NCBI GenBank assembly: GCA_002083775.1
Contig: MTEI01000006.1
Location: 62,321-126,320 of the forward strand
DNA: 64,000 nucleotides
Direction of reading: 5' to 3'
DNA from: Rhodoferax ferrireducens
GTDB lineage: Bacteria > Pseudomonadota > Gammaproteobacteria > Burkholderiales > Burkholderiaceae_C
The first letter of the stretch is position 1. Each line of letters opens with the position of its first letter. The notes below the pieces were generated by a model. That model was not told the origin of the DNA. It searched no databases and saw only the letters and a list, made by a program, of their open reading frames with translations. Positions 63,179 through 64,000 of the stretch are shown in pieces. Both the position numbers and the translations under genes were made by a program.

Positions 63179-64000
63179 ATGACTCGTACTTTTAAGTTCT
63201 CCAGCGGCCTGATGGCTGCCGTGTTGGCCGTCTGCGGCGTCACCGCCAGCATGAGCGCTACGGCGGCCGACAAGGTCACCGTGCAGCTCAAGTGGCTGCC
63301 GCAGGCGCAGTTTGCCGGCTACTACGTGGCGCAGAGCAAGGGCTACTACAAGGCCGAGGGGCTGGACGTGACCATCAAACCCGGTGGCCCGGACATCTCG
63401 CCGGTGCAAGTGATTGCAGGCAACGGTGCTGACGTGGTGGTGAACTGGATGCCCGACGCGCTGGCCGCACGCGAAGCCGGTGTGCCGCTGGTCAACATCG
63501 CCCAGGTGTTCAACCAGTCCGGCCTGATGCTGACCTGCAAAAAAGCCAGCGGCGTGAGCAGCCCGAAAGACTTCAAGGGCAAAACGCTGGGCGTGTGGTA
63601 CGGCGGTAACGAATACCCGTTCCTGAACTGGATGGCCAAGCTCGGCTACAAGCCCGGCACCGACATCAAGATCCTCAAACAAGGCTTCAACGTCGACCCG
63701 CTGCTGCAAAACCAGGCCGCCTGTATTTCGACCATGATCTACAACGAATACTGGCAGGTGGTGGACGCGGGCGTCAAAGAGAGCGATCTGGTGACCTTCT
63801 TCTATGAAAAAGAAGGCGTGGCTTCGCTGGAAGACGGCCTGTACGTGATGGAAGCCAAGCTGAAAGACCCGGCCTTTGTGGCACGCATGGGCAAGTTCCT
63901 CAAGGCCACCTTCAAGGGCTGGAATGACGCGGTGAAAGACCCGGCGGGTGCCGCCAAGATTGTGGTGGCCAACGACATGTCGGGCAGCGCCTCTGAGAAG
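63179..64000 (+). CDS. ABC transporter periplasmic substrate-binding protein (NMT1/THI5-like), 3' end outside the window
   Basis: AAAGGAG lies 9 nt upstream of ATG 63179. Signal MTRTFKFSSGLMAAVLAVCGVTASMSATAA. KVTVQLKWLPQAQFAGYYVAQSKGYYKAEGLDVTIKPGG is the family signature. The frame stays open to the window end, so it is absent from the ORF track. Confidence 0.8.
   Translation, partial: MTRTFKFSSGLMAAVLAVCGVTASMSATAADKVTVQLKWLPQAQFAGYYVAQSKGYYKAEGLDVTIKPGGPDISPVQVIAGNGADVVVNWMPDALAAREAGVPLVNIAQVFNQSGLMLTCKKASGVSSPKDFKGKTLGVWYGGNEYPFLNWMAKLGYKPGTDIKILKQGFNVDPLLQNQAACISTMIYNEYWQVVDAGVKESDLVTFFYEKEGVASLEDGLYVMEAKLKDPAFVARMGKFLKATFKGWNDAVKDPAGAAKIVVANDMSGSASEK

Overview
High-GC (about 63-65% by eye) chromosomal segment. 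Gene content suggests a betaproteobacterium, possibly Comamonadaceae-like; this is inference only. No rRNA, tRNA, CRISPR array or transposase gene was seen.

Layout:
- 1-21.4 kb: part of an XrtA/PEP-CTERM (exosortase A) exopolysaccharide locus. It holds a sugar-nucleotide epimerase fragment, an inserted hicAB module, a low-molecular-weight tyrosine phosphatase, a LolA-like protein with a beta-barrel partner, an SLT transglycosylase and a GNAT/FemAB-like protein. It also holds the ACP / two hydrolases / acyl-CoA ligase / PLP-decarboxylase cassette, an O-antigen-ligase-like protein, an internally deleted ugd remnant, the priming sugar transferase and prsK-prsR-prsT. xrtA itself and any PEP-CTERM substrate genes are not in the window.
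- 21.4-24.6 kb: a visibly lower-GC four-gene cassette behind a sigma-54-type promoter. It encodes a Tat-signal protein, a PqqD-like protein, an HprK-related kinase and an NTP_transf_5 nucleotidyltransferase. I rate this the most interesting uncharacterised system in the window.
- 24.6-47.7 kb: housekeeping and accessory genes. These are uup, MarR, a DapB-like protein, a ClC channel, an M14 peptidase, flavin reductase, an EF-G paralogue, hemG, two divergent paralogous hybrid sensor kinases, a YbfB-type MFS protein, the gcdH/CoA-transferase/LysR glutarate module, an aminotransferase, a glycine-zipper protein and an ICMT-like methyltransferase.
- 47.7-60.0 kb: a minus-strand operon for a ~2,600-aa DUF11/SdrD-B repeat surface protein, an ~1,100-aa putative outer-membrane protein and an OmpA-family protein.
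- 60.2-64.0 kb: a NitT/TauT-type ABC importer.

Three repeat families overlay the genes:
- An AT-rich ~35-50 bp palindromic element is present in at least 8 copies. Six lie in-frame inside coding sequences. Three of those encode a signal peptide or transmembrane helix, and one encodes a C-terminal tail plus stop codon.
- GC-rich REP-like hairpins occur at 8 intergenic loci.
- A pair of inverted ~190-bp elements sits in a 1-kb gene-free region.

All functional calls come from reading the translated ORFs and motifs. No searches were run.
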